From the NCBI GenBank assembly GCA_910578455.1, contig CAJTQA010000011.1, forward strand, positions 302 to 64,301: a stretch of 64,000 bases of DNA. Reading direction: 5' to 3'. The notes beneath the pieces were generated by a model. It did no database searches, was not told where the DNA came from, and saw only the letters and a program-made list of their open reading frames with translations. The DNA is from an uncultured Dorea sp. Lineage in GTDB: Bacteria; Bacillota; Clostridia; Lachnospirales; Lachnospiraceae. Positions 18,434 to 28,150 of this stretch are shown piece by piece (the stretch's first letter is position 1; each line of letters begins with the position of its first letter). The position numbers and the translations under genes are program-made.

Positions 18434-19780
18434 CTATAAGAAAAATACAAGCGTATCCAGCAAAAATACCGGAACCAGTATACACAGCGACCACAGGATA
18501 TATCCGAAAAACGACGGCATGTGGATACCATTTTCATCGGAGATCGCCTTTACCATAAAGTTCGGCGCATTTCCAATATATGTATTGGCTCCCATAAATA
18601 CCGCGCCGCAAGATATGGCCGTCAGCATTCCCACCGGAATCTTCCCAAGCGTCGTCGTGATTCCCTGTGCGAAATCCATCGCCCCAGAGGTAGTCAGGAA
18701 TACCAGATACGTCGGCGTATTGTCAAGAAAGCTCGAGAGCGCCCCTGTTACCCAGAACATCTGCACCGGCTTGGTAAGCCCAAGGCTCCCGCCCATACTT
18801 TTAAGAATCATCAATGCCGGCTGCATCGTGATAAAGATTCCGGCAAACAATACGGCTACCTCTTTGATGGCTCCCCACGTAAAATGGTTCTTCTGGCGAA
18901 TCTTCTCGCTGGTTGTCTTAAACGACAGGAACGCCGCCAAAAGAATAATCGCCATCTCTATCATCGCCGGATAAGTCAGCGTTACCTCTCCATAGATATG
19001 GATTCCTTTCACCGCGCCTTCTGCCGTCTTAAACGCCGGGAGGTCCGGCAGCGCTCCGCTCAGGACAACCGCCGCGACAATCATCACGATAAAAAGCAGA
19101 TTGTGCAGCCCGCTGATTGATATCCTTGTTCCTGGCTTGCTGATGTCCGGCACACGGCCCCTGGCAATCTCCCGGCAGTATTTCTTCCGGTCAACCCAGT
19201 AAAATATAAACAGCAGCACCGCCATGTTGAACACCAGAATCGGAAACAGATGAAGGCTCCAGGAAAACGGCACTCCTCTGGAAAATCCCATAAGCAGCGG
19301 CGGATCCCCGATAGGCGTTAAGCAGCCTCCGATATTCGACACAAGAAAGATGAAAAATACCATAATGTGCTTTCTGTGCCTTCTCCACGAATTCATCTTA
19401 ATCACCGGACGAACCATCAGCATACTGGCTCCTGTAGTGCCAATCAGGCTTGACAGCAGCGTTCCGATCGTGAGCAGGATGATATTGACCCTGGGGGATC
19501 CGGCAAGGTCGCCCTCCAGCGTAATATTTCCTGACACGCAGAACAGTCCGAAAAGCAGGACGATAAAGGAAAGGTAATCTCCGATGATGCATTCCAACAC
19601 CACTTCAAGAGTCTCTCCCGCTCCAAAAGCAATTCCAAAAGGAATTATAAGCAGGAGCGACCAGAACCCTGCCACAAGCGGCTGATGGCTCTCCCACCAC
19701 TCTCCTTTAACTAACGGCATTACCGCAATGCAAAGCAATATTCCGATAAACGGTATGCAAAACGCTACACTCATATTCAA
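18434..19780 (-). CDS. Putative sodium:proton antiporter / ion transporter superfamily permease
   Basis: Many TMs; GGCLTPIGDPPL, LDNTPTY and TYIGNAPNFMV. Confidence 0.85.
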   Translation of the reverse strand: MNMSVAFCIPFIGILLCIAVMPLVKGEWWESHQPLVAGFWSLLLIIPFGIAFGAGETLEVVLECIIGDYLSFIVLLFGLFCVSGNITLEGDLAGSPRVNIILLTIGTLLSSLIGTTGASMLMVRPVIKMNSWRRHRKHIMVFFIFLVSNIGGCLTPIGDPPLLMGFSRGVPFSWSLHLFPILVFNMAVLLFIFYWVDRKKYCREIARGRVPDISKPGTRISISGLHNLLFIVMIVAAVVLSGALPDLPAFKTAEGAVKGIHIYGEVTLTYPAMIEMAIILLAAFLSFKTTSEKIRQKNHFTWGAIKEVAVLFAGIFITMQPALMILKSMGGSLGLTKPVQMFWVTGALSSFLDNTPTYLVFLTTSGAMDFAQGITTTLGKIPVGMLTAISCGAVFMGANTYIGNAPNFMVKAISDENGIHMPSFFGYILWSLCILVPVFLLDTLVFFL

Positions 19781-19988
19781 ACGCCCCCTTTATAAAAATC
19801 CAGCAATTATTTTAATCAGAAAGACATCTAAAATCAATATGAAAAATTATTAGAAAATCTGTCTAAAATGACATAAAATATTAAAAACTGCACAAAAAAT
19901 ACAGCGGCCTGAATCTGTCTTTTTTCATTGTTTTTATTCGTCTTTTTATGTATACTTTAATCATGAAAAAATTTAGGAGGAACCTGAC

Positions 19989-20720
19989 ATGAAAGGTTGG
20001 AATCTTTTAGAACCGCTGCCATTAAAAGCATACCTTCGGGACTTAAATTACATATCCATTCTGTTCCGTATTTTTCTGTCCGTCCTTGTGGGGGGCATCC
20101 TGGGCATGGAAAGAGGCAAGAAGAACAGGCCTGCCGGACTGCGTACCTACATTCTGGTGTGTCTTGGTTCTGCCCTTGTCATGATGACAAACCAATATGT
20201 CTACCTGGTCTACGGAACCGGCGATCCCGTCCGGCTGGGTGCCCAGGTTATCAGCGGTGTTGGCTTTCTGGGCGCGGGAACCATCGTTCTCACCGGGCGG
20301 AACAAGATCATGGGCATTACAACCGCAGCAGGTCTCTGGACTGCTGCCTGCAGCGGGCTTGCTATTGGCATCGGCTTTTATGAGGGCGCCATTGTAGGTG
20401 GCATCGCCATTGCTTTTACCGTTTCAGGCCTTTTAAAATTCGATATCTGGCTGCGGAAGAAATCCCAGTATCTGGACTTGTATATCGAATACAGCGGCGA
20501 AAAAGGCGATTTCAGCAGGTTTCTTCAATACGCCAAAGACCATCAGCTGGAAGTCCACAATATCCAGATAAACAACGGCTACTCCTGGCACGACCAGAAC
20601 GGGAAGCAGAAAACTCTCAGCTACATTGTCACCGTTTCAAGCCATGTGCAGCGTTCCCATACGGAAATTATAGAACTTCTGGCACATGAAGACGGAATCC
20701 TGTTTATCGAAGAACTATAA
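19989..20720 (+). CDS. MgtC/SapB family protein
   Basis: GMER..AGLRTY, AQVISGVGFLGAG and GITTAAGLW. Confidence 0.92.
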   Translation: MKGWNLLEPLPLKAYLRDLNYISILFRIFLSVLVGGILGMERGKKNRPAGLRTYILVCLGSALVMMTNQYVYLVYGTGDPVRLGAQVISGVGFLGAGTIVLTGRNKIMGITTAAGLWTAACSGLAIGIGFYEGAIVGGIAIAFTVSGLLKFDIWLRKKSQYLDLYIEYSGEKGDFSRFLQYAKDHQLEVHNIQINNGYSWHDQNGKQKTLSYIVTVSSHVQRSHTEIIELLAHEDGILFIEEL

Positions 20721-20733
20721 CCGGCAAAGGCAG

Positions 20734-21522
20734 TCATTCCCCGCTGCCTTCCTGCTGGCACATCCCTCTGCCCCTTCCGTGGCCGCTGTGCTGTCCTCTG
20801 CCACATCTGCCTGCGCCGCTTTCTGTCCTGTCTATGTTTCCGCCCTCCGTCAGCCCGTCTATCATATCCCATATCTGGCACATCGTAAGGCCTTGCATGT
20901 CTTCCTCGGTAATAGCAGGATCTAGCGCCTGGAGCTGTAAAAATGCCCTGTACTTTCCGCACGACATACCGGCCTCATGTGCTGCTGCGATTTCTTTGGA
21001 ATATCCCCAGGAACAGTGGACATTAGCATAAGACGATGTGCAGTCAGACACGTTGACCAGCAGCTCATTATTTTTGGCCTCGTTCTCCCCAAATACCGTA
21101 ACGGCTATAAATTGATTTTGCACGATGTATTCTTTCATGTCCCTATCCGCCAATATCGTCTCCAGCGCGTCTTTATAATTCAGGTTATAGACATCTATGT
21201 CAGACATGACAGCATATCCGTCCTCATTGAAAGTGTCAACGGAAACTACCTTGTTAAATCGGTTAATTCCAAGTTCAATAGACGGGTTGACATCAATGCT
21301 GATTGCAAATGCCGGTATCAGATAAGCCGAATAACCCATTCCCACAAGCAGAAACATTGCAAAGCATGCCGCAGCAGCAATCCATCTCCTGGCGGAAACT
21401 GTTTTTCTTTTATTATATCCATTTGTAGCTTTTGCCAGAAACTCCATAGTGCAATTCTTTAGTTCTTGTTCCGTATGGATTTTATCAAATGCGTTCTGCA
21501 GTCTATGTTTCACAATCATCAC
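20734..21522 (-). CDS. Anti-sigma factor with RsgI-like extracellular domain
   Basis: TM followed by SIDVNPSIELGINRF; overlaps the ECF gene end. Confidence 0.8.
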   Translation of the reverse strand: MMIVKHRLQNAFDKIHTEQELKNCTMEFLAKATNGYNKRKTVSARRWIAAAACFAMFLLVGMGYSAYLIPAFAISIDVNPSIELGINRFNKVVSVDTFNEDGYAVMSDIDVYNLNYKDALETILADRDMKEYIVQNQFIAVTVFGENEAKNNELLVNVSDCTSSYANVHCSWGYSKEIAAAHEAGMSCGKYRAFLQLQALDPAITEEDMQGLTMCQIWDMIDGLTEGGNIDRTESGAGRCGRGQHSGHGRGRGMCQQEGSGE

Positions 21523-21988
21523 CCCCCAGTCTTTCCCTGAGCAATTGTTTTGAACGCGTCAGGAGCGTATACACAGTGTTCTTGTTCTTTTTGAGAATAT
21601 GGGCAATTTCAACGGCGGTATATCCCTCATAGTAATAAAGATATACCGCCTCCCTGTATTTCTCCGGCAGAGACAAAACAGCCTCCAGCACTTCGCTGTT
21701 GTCCGGCGTCAGTTCTTCCTGCTGGTGAATTAACTCTTCTAACGGAACCATATGGCTGCGGAAAAAGTCTCTAAAAAAGTCTCTGCACGCGTTGATTGTA
21801 ACCCGGATAAACCACGCCTTTTCATGTTCTTCACTCTCAAACTTAACGGAACTTAGGACATATTTCAAAAAAACATTTTGAAATATGTCCTCCGAATCAT
21901 GGTAACTTTTCAAATGTATCATACAGAGCCGCCGGACAGTATCCGCATACTGCTCCATCGCCCTGATTACATCCTGTTCGTTCCGCAT
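21503..21988 (-). CDS. ECF sigma-70 factor
   Basis: SEDIFQNVF, KAWFIRVTIN, LPEKYREAV..EIAHIL. Confidence 0.93.
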   Translation of the reverse strand: MRNEQDVIRAMEQYADTVRRLCMIHLKSYHDSEDIFQNVFLKYVLSSVKFESEEHEKAWFIRVTINACRDFFRDFFRSHMVPLEELIHQQEELTPDNSEVLEAVLSLPEKYREAVYLYYYEGYTAVEIAHILKKNKNTVYTLLTRSKQLLRERLGGDDCET

Positions 21989-22035
21989 AACATACCCTCT
22001 TTTTCATCTGCCCGTCTGCCGGGCCAGGTTGTGCA

Positions 22036-22509
22036 TTATTTCTTTTTCCACTTCGCATAGAGAGTCTTTTTGCCAAAACTTCCTTTTTTAATTGAAGTCA
22101 CTTTTTTCTTGTACTTCTTATCCGCATACCAGCCTTTGAACTTATAACCCTTTCTGGTAGGCTTTTTCAGTTTGATGTTCTTTGAGTTGCTGTAATAATA
22201 CGATGGGTTCTTTTTACTGTTCTTTCCGCCTCTCAGATTATACTTGATGGCGTATTTCATGTTGTCGCAAACGCCGTCTCCGTCTGCATCCACATATCCC
22301 CCGCCGCATCCATAGCCATAACCGCGTCCATAACCGCCGTTCCCACAGCCATAACCATTTCCATAATTATCGCAGATGCCGTCCCCGTCTGCATCCACAT
22401 AATTCCTTCCGCCCATAGGGCATGCGGCAGATACCGTGGTGCTGCATACTGAAAAAATGAGTACCATAGTTAAAAGCGCTACAAATTTTTTCATTTTCTC
22501 TTCCTCCAT
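22036..22509 (-). CDS. Secreted protein with two DADGDG(I/V)CDN repeats and an InlB B-repeat-like domain
   Basis: Signal peptide; YVDADGDGxCDN twice; PTRKGYKFKGWY..LYAKW. Confidence 0.8.
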   Translation of the reverse strand: MEEEKMKKFVALLTMVLIFSVCSTTVSAACPMGGRNYVDADGDGICDNYGNGYGCGNGGYGRGYGYGCGGGYVDADGDGVCDNMKYAIKYNLRGGKNSKKNPSYYYSNSKNIKLKKPTRKGYKFKGWYADKKYKKKVTSIKKGSFGKKTLYAKWKKK

Positions 22510-22599
22510 TTTATAGAATTATTTTGTTTCATTCATAATACGATTGAGAAGATGAAATCCATTCAAATCATAGAAAATTCTGTAAAATTATGGTATCTC

Positions 22600-23513
22600 C
22601 TATCTTTTTGCCTTTCTGTATCCGGCTTCCTCCGCCTCCTGTTCTGAACCAAAGATCACAAGATGCCTGGAATCTTTCATTTCCTCATAGTCCGCCTGCC
22701 CCGGGCAGTGATAAATCTTTGACCTGGAATTGCCTCTGATTTCCCCAGTTTCTTTTCCCTGGTCCTTCACTCCGTTCTCTCCGCCGGGACTGCTCTCTCC
22801 TGTAGCATAATCTATATCAATTCCCGGCTGGACATTGTACACGTAGACATTGTAAGAGATGCCTTCTCCCCCGTCCTCCACAGACATTGCCTCCATCTGC
22901 ACCCCGGAGGCCAGCAGGTTATCCCCCTCAAAGACAGGCACGACACGGTACATTACATGGTTATCTGTCTCTTTCACATAATCTGCCACCATATTTTCAA
23001 AGGGCAGCATGCCCTCCACGTTCATATACCGGGTTCCTGTAATAAGGTTCTTCTCATTTGCATTTTCCCAGATAGCTGGTAGCCTATCAGGTGGCATCTG
23101 TTATACAGGTATTTCCCGTCCACATTGTCGTATTTCACCGTGTGCCAGCCTGTCGGCCTTACCTGTCCGATCTTTCCCCGCTTTTCATCCGGCATCAAGT
23201 CTTCGCCTACACTGGCGCACACCATCCCGCACCTTCCCAGGTCATCCAGCTCTCCGTATTCTTCAAATGATTCTTCTGAAAGCTCCTTCTCTGAAAATCC
23301 CGGCTCATTCCCGTTAATCTCCACATAAGGAATTCCGGCATATTCCGGCACATCTGCAGGAGAGATTATCTCCGGGGCGCTCTCCGACACATCCGCAGAT
23401 ACAGCAATCTTTGAATCGCCGCCGCACGCCGTCACAATCAGAGCTAAAGCTACGGCGCATAACAGAGCCGGCATCCGGCTTACTTTAAATTCTTTTATTC
23501 TTATCTGTCTCAT
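22600..23513 (-). pseudogene. DNA/RNA non-specific endonuclease lipoprotein with Ada-like C-terminal domain, frameshifted
   Basis: YNRCHLIGYQLS and (G)ENANEKNLITGTRYMN lie in different frames at the G-run 23067-23069; C-terminal GNSRSKIYHCPG..GYRKA. Confidence 0.8.
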
Positions 23514-23929
23514 CTCGCCCTTTTATAAACCTCCTTTGTAATCCTATCGTGAGAAAATCCTTCAAACTCCTCCATCCTCTCCCGGCTCCATCTCCCATCC
23601 GCAAGATCCAGCGTAAAATAAACATCTGCCGGATAAGCGCGGTTCCATCGGTACAAAATTACCGCCTCAATCTTTTCCTCATATTCCGATATATCAGCAT
23701 CTTCTATAAAGCAATACTCCCCCTCGCCAGCTTTTTCCAGAAATTCCTCCGACACGGCTATGCCGCCGGGCATATCGCCACAGAACATTTTTTTCGAATA
23801 GCTGCTCATATGCAGTTTTTTTCCGCTGCATTCCTTCAGCATGTCCTTGTGCTGGGCGCGGTCTTTGCTTAAACGGCGCTTGTGGAACATCATGCCGTTC
23901 CTGTCATCTATACATACTATAAGAATCAC
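23510..23929 (-). CDS. Hypothetical protein with DHFR-like sequence pattern
   Basis: GTG start 23929 after GGGAG; MILIVCIDDRNGM..YPADVYF..KEVYKR. Confidence 0.7.
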   Translation of the reverse strand: MILIVCIDDRNGMMFHKRRLSKDRAQHKDMLKECSGKKLHMSSYSKKMFCGDMPGGIAVSEEFLEKAGEGEYCFIEDADISEYEEKIEAVILYRWNRAYPADVYFTLDLADGRWSRERMEEFEGFSHDRITKEVYKRAR

Positions 23930-24177
23930 TCTTTTATTCTCCCTCACAAAGAATCTATCTATATAGTATTTCAACGCTGCCGGTATGTCAATGATATCTC
24001 TTTCTGATCTTATGCTCTGATTTCCTCCTGCAGCATGCCCCGCAAAATATCCCTCAGCTTCTGTCTTCCAATACAGGCATCTCTGTAGTATACTAATTAA
24101 TGGCTGTTTGGGGTCATCTATATTTTCCCCGCCGCCTTGTTGCCTTTTATTCATTACACTTTGGAGTTACGAATCAG

Positions 24178-24936
24178 ATGAACCGAGACAAAAATGCTTT
24201 TATCAATGGAATACGCGACGGCATCCCCATCGCCCTTGGCTACTTTTCCGTAGCCTTTTCCCTGGGAATCGTCGCAAAAAAGGCCGGACTCAACCCTTTC
24301 CAGGGATTTTTATCCAGCCTGTTAAATCACGCTTCCGCGGGAGAGTACGCGGAATTTACCGTTATTATGGCAAACGCCCCTTATCTGGAGATGGCATTCG
24401 TCATCCTTGTCACAAATATCCGCTATATGCTGATGAGCTGCGCGCTGAGCCAGAAGTTTAGCCCAAAGACTTCTCAGCTACACCGTTTTTTAGTAGGTTT
24501 TGGCGTCACAGACGAGATATTCGGCATCAGCATCGGAAGAACCGGCGCTTTAAATCCTTACTATAACTACGGCGCCATGGCAATTGCGCTGCCAAGCTGG
24601 GCCGCCGGAACCGGCATCGGGGTAGTGGCAGGCAATATCCTGCCTGCATCGGCGGTGAGCGCCTTAAGCGTCGCCCTCTACGGCATGTTTATCGCGATCA
24701 TCATCCCTGCATCCAAAGCCAACCGGGTAGTAGGTGGAGTTGTAGCTGCAAGTTTCCTCATCAGTTTCACAGTATCCAAGATACCTCTCTTCGACCATAT
24801 GTCTGACAGCATGAAAATCAGCCTGCTGACAGTAATCATTGCCGGAGTCGCAGCTTACCTGTTCCCGGCGAAGGATGAAGAAGAGGGCGAAGAATGCATC
24901 GCCGATGCCCCAGATACTACTAAGGAGGTACGTTAA
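24178..24936 (+). CDS. azlC: AzlC family branched-chain amino acid exporter permease
   Basis: GIPIALGY, NIRYMLMS and VTDEIFG; GGAG RBS before ATG 24178. Confidence 0.9.
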   Translation: MNRDKNAFINGIRDGIPIALGYFSVAFSLGIVAKKAGLNPFQGFLSSLLNHASAGEYAEFTVIMANAPYLEMAFVILVTNIRYMLMSCALSQKFSPKTSQLHRFLVGFGVTDEIFGISIGRTGALNPYYNYGAMAIALPSWAAGTGIGVVAGNILPASAVSALSVALYGMFIAIIIPASKANRVVGGVVAASFLISFTVSKIPLFDHMSDSMKISLLTVIIAGVAAYLFPAKDEEEGEECIADAPDTTKEVR

Positions 24937-24938
24937 CC

Positions 24939-25256
24939 ATGACCCATAGCATCTATCTTTACATATTCGTGGCAGCGGCAGTATCCTGCCTGATCCGCGT
25001 GCTGCCTCTTACGCTGATCCGGGGAAAGATCAAAAATCAGTTTATCCGGTCATTTTTATATTACGTGCCGTATGTGACGCTTGCGGTTATGACATTTCCC
25101 GCAATCATCGCCGCCCCTCAGATTCCAATTGCAGGAATCCTTGCCCTGGTTGCAGGAATTATTGCATCCTGGAAAGGGATGAATATGCTGGGGATTGCCG
25201 CTCTTTGCTGCGCGGTAGTATTTGTGTGCGAGGCAGTCATGCCGTATCTGGCATAG
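24939..25256 (+). CDS. azlD: AzlD domain protein
   Basis: IRVLPL..FLYYVPY; small hydrophobic partner of azlC. Confidence 0.88.
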   Translation: MTHSIYLYIFVAAAVSCLIRVLPLTLIRGKIKNQFIRSFLYYVPYVTLAVMTFPAIIAAPQIPIAGILALVAGIIASWKGMNMLGIAALCCAVVFVCEAVMPYLA

Positions 25257-25283
25257 TTTTATGATATGTTTTTAAGCGGCGGC

Positions 25284-25916
25284 TCAATCCACTATATTAT
25301 CAGGCTGCCGCATTCGCATAACGATATCACTGAGATTTTCTACCATCTCCTCATATTCCCCGCAGTATTCACGCAGCAGCCCGATCACATAATCTCTGGA
25401 AAATTTCTTTAAAAAATGCTGTTCCTTCTTGATGCACACGATAAACTCATAGACCGCGTCAATCCCCGTATAACCTGAAATATCCTTAAGGAGCGGATAA
25501 TCCAGCGTCAGGACCGTATCCTGCGGATAAAAACGCATGTCGTACCACTTAAAAAATTCCGGCAGGCCTTTAACAAAAGTGTCATACAGACAGCGGTTCC
25601 CGTAGCTGTCAAATTCCGGCATCATCTCATTATATATCTCTAATGCCTTTTTCACCTTTTCCTCCACAGCCTTAAGCCCTGCCTCGTACATTTGCTGCGC
25701 CGGCACCTTCTCCCTTGAGGCCATAGCATTGCCTCCCGCCCACATCGCCTCCCGGATGCAGTACAATACAGCCCCCATAAGCTGCTGCGCCTTCTCATAC
25801 GTTACAGATGTGTCCTCATAGCCATTATATCTGTCCGCCAGCTTTCCAACCAGCGGTACAAGCTCCTCCATGCCGTACATTGGCGGCCTGTCTTCGCCCC
25901 TTCCCAATCCAGTCAT
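25284..25916 (-). CDS. Conserved hypothetical protein (DUF6179-like)
   Basis: SVTYEKAQQLM..LDYPL..GID pattern; paired with the next gene. Confidence 0.7.
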   Translation of the reverse strand: MTGLGRGEDRPPMYGMEELVPLVGKLADRYNGYEDTSVTYEKAQQLMGAVLYCIREAMWAGGNAMASREKVPAQQMYEAGLKAVEEKVKKALEIYNEMMPEFDSYGNRCLYDTFVKGLPEFFKWYDMRFYPQDTVLTLDYPLLKDISGYTGIDAVYEFIVCIKKEQHFLKKFSRDYVIGLLREYCGEYEEMVENLSDIVMRMRQPDNIVD

Positions 25917-25920
25917 CCTT

Positions 25921-26466
25921 TCACCTCCACAAAAGCTCTCTCAGCGTTTCAAGATACAGCTCATAATCCCACCGTTTCACTTCATCGAATTGCTCATATT
26001 CCCCATAGCCTCCCGAACTTCTGTGCCCGTCATAGCCCGCCCGAACTGCCTGCGCGAAGTTGGCAAGGCATGTGCTCTCCAGATATTCCAGATCCCCAAA
26101 GCAGATATCCTCAAACTGCTCCTTCATAAAATGCAGAAGTTCATCATCCGTAATCTCATCTCGCATCTCATTCTTGAATAGATAAAAAATATCCTGCAGC
26201 CTTATCAACGTTTCTACATAGTTGTCCTGGCAGATATACCGGGAATCACAAAACTCATAGATGATCTTCGGCACGATTCCCCCGCCAAACTCCACCCTTT
26301 CCTGTTTCCGCAGAGATTCCTTTCGCTCTTCTAAAATCAGCGCGGCATCCTGCTCACTCAGAATAAGCCCATATTTTCCCGCCGCCTGGTTCGTTTCCAT
26401 CAATTTGCCAAGCTGATTCTGCTGCTGAAATAAAACCATCCAGTCCTTATTTGCGTACAAATGCAT
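25921..26466 (-). CDS. Conserved hypothetical protein (DUF6323-like)
   Basis: RVEFG..FCDSRYI..FYLFKNE..DDEL pattern; GGAGG RBS. Confidence 0.7.
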   Translation of the reverse strand: MHLYANKDWMVLFQQQNQLGKLMETNQAAGKYGLILSEQDAALILEERKESLRKQERVEFGGGIVPKIIYEFCDSRYICQDNYVETLIRLQDIFYLFKNEMRDEITDDELLHFMKEQFEDICFGDLEYLESTCLANFAQAVRAGYDGHRSSGGYGEYEQFDEVKRWDYELYLETLRELLWR

Positions 26467-26580
26467 CCCTCCCTGATATTTTTAAGAACAAATTATACCA
26501 CCCTGCCCAAACCATTACAAGCCTTGAATTTTAGGCGTTTTTATGGTATTATAAAGCCAGTGGAAAAGAAAAAATCACAT

Positions 26581-26642
26581 AAAAAAAGAACCATGAAGGC
26601 AAGTTTTCAAGTTTCCATTTTACCTTCCGGTTCTCTTTTTTT
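26581..26642. terminator. Hairpin downstream of the Rpn-like gene
   Basis: AAAAAAAGAACC..GAAGG / CCTTC..GGTTCTCTTTTTT imperfect inverted repeat. Confidence 0.5.
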
Positions 26643-26661
26643 CGTCAAAACAGATTATGCC

Positions 26662-27870
26662 CTATACACTTTTCAATTTGTTTTCCAACTCTGCAATCCG
26701 GGCAAGGGCGTCCTGATAGCCCTGCTTAGTTTGCGTAAGCTCCTGGTTCGCCTGCGTAAGCTCCTGCGTAGTCTGCTCTAGCTCCTGGTTCGCCTGCGTA
26801 AGCTCCTGCGTAGTCTGCTCTAGCTCCTGGTTCGCCTGCGTAAGCTCCTGCGTAGTCTGCTCTAGCTCCTGCGTAGTCTGCTCTAGCTCCTGATTCGCCT
26901 GCGTAAGCTCCTGCGTAGTCTGCGTAAGCTCCTTCCTTTTCTCCTCTACCTCCTGTTTCTTCTGATTCAGCTCCTCCTGCATCTCATCAATCATCAATTG
27001 TACCGTGTTCCGGTCCAATTCCCGCAGTTCTTTTGAAAACATATCCATCACCCCTTCAACATTCTGGCAGATGTCATAAATCTGCCCATACATGGCTTTA
27101 AAATCCGGATACTTCTCTATGATGGAAATGACTGCATCCGGCCCGTCCATACACAGAAAAGAAAGCCATGCCTCCAGCCTGTTCTCTATCCTGTTGTTTT
27201 TATTCTGCTGGATTCCCCGGAAGATGTCAAGAGAAATAAATATATATTTCTGAAGAAGTTCTATCTCAATCCCGGTATTGGATCTCTGTTCAAAATAGTG
27301 AAGGTATGTGTCAGGAAACTGATGAAATGCCGACGGGCTCTGTTCGAATAATACGATTGTAAATACTTGTTTGATATCTTTGTAAACAAACTTTTTCTTC
27401 CGCTTGCTGCGGACTCTCTTATATTGCCTGAGCAGCAGGTCGGCAGAGTAGCATGCGCTCCGCTCCCCCGGGAATTTATACCCAATCTTCTGAATCTCAA
27501 GATTGGCGATGCTGCCGTCCTTTAGCTGTACCACGATGTCCATAATGACTAATGACGTCTCATCCGCAATCCTCGTGCTGTCATTAGGCAGCACTTCAAC
27601 GACACGCACCTTCTGCTTAAGGAGCAGCGACAAAAGCTCGTCCACCCGCTCCGGGTTGTACTCCGGGTTCAAGACCTCCTTACTGATAAAATCATACATG
27701 GTCTTCACGCCCCTGACCCCAGTGCAAAAATCAAGAAATTCCTGCCTTTGCTCCTCTGTCCAGTGATAAAACATCCTTTTCAGTCGTTCACTGTCCTCAA
27801 TAATTGCCATAATCTCTCCCCTTGTCCGTATCATAGGGAAATGCATCTGCAGCTTGTTCTTCATAAACAC
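26662..27870 (-). CDS. Rpn/PD-(D/E)XK nuclease family protein with C-terminal heptad repeats
   Basis: MDIVV..ANLEIQ..R...Y nuclease motif, LEAWLSFL, coiled-coil tail. Confidence 0.9.
   Translation of the reverse strand: MFMKNKLQMHFPMIRTRGEIMAIIEDSERLKRMFYHWTEEQRQEFLDFCTGVRGVKTMYDFISKEVLNPEYNPERVDELLSLLLKQKVRVVEVLPNDSTRIADETSLVIMDIVVQLKDGSIANLEIQKIGYKFPGERSACYSADLLLRQYKRVRSKRKKKFVYKDIKQVFTIVLFEQSPSAFHQFPDTYLHYFEQRSNTGIEIELLQKYIFISLDIFRGIQQNKNNRIENRLEAWLSFLCMDGPDAVISIIEKYPDFKAMYGQIYDICQNVEGVMDMFSKELRELDRNTVQLMIDEMQEELNQKKQEVEEKRKELTQTTQELTQANQELEQTTQELEQTTQELTQANQELEQTTQELTQANQELEQTTQELTQANQELTQTKQGYQDALARIAELENKLKSV
26722..26931 (-). repeat. Ten in-frame 21-bp tandem units (EL(T/E)Q(TT/AN/TK)Q)
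   Basis: Units such as GAGCTTACGCAGGCGAACCAG and GAGCTAGAGCAGACTACGCAG alternate. Confidence 0.95.
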
Positions 27871-28150
27871 AAAACTCCTCTCTGTAAGATTGTAATAAAT
27901 TAATGGAATCAGGCATTGGAAATCTCTAAAATTCAGAAATGATAGAAAGGCATCCGCTTGCGGATATCTGCCGGAAGAAAATTTAGAAATATAATGCTTT
28001 GGGTTTTAGTGTAACACATATCAGACGGCCGCGCCACATTATATTTCTTAAAATTTCTCTAAGAATCTTAGCCCTACGCAAACAATTCTACCCTCAGTGA
28101 ACAAAGGGTATGATACAATAATGAAAAATAACTTTACACAGGAGGTTCCC

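Noticed and set aside
23510..24154. 214-aa version of the hypothetical ORF, or a ribonuclease Z call
   Set aside because: The first 75 codons overlap the azlC upstream region and look non-coding, and there is no metallo-beta-lactamase HxHxDH motif
26722..26931. Repeat array as a CRISPR
   Set aside because: The units are contiguous in-frame 21-mers with no unique spacers, and there are no cas genes
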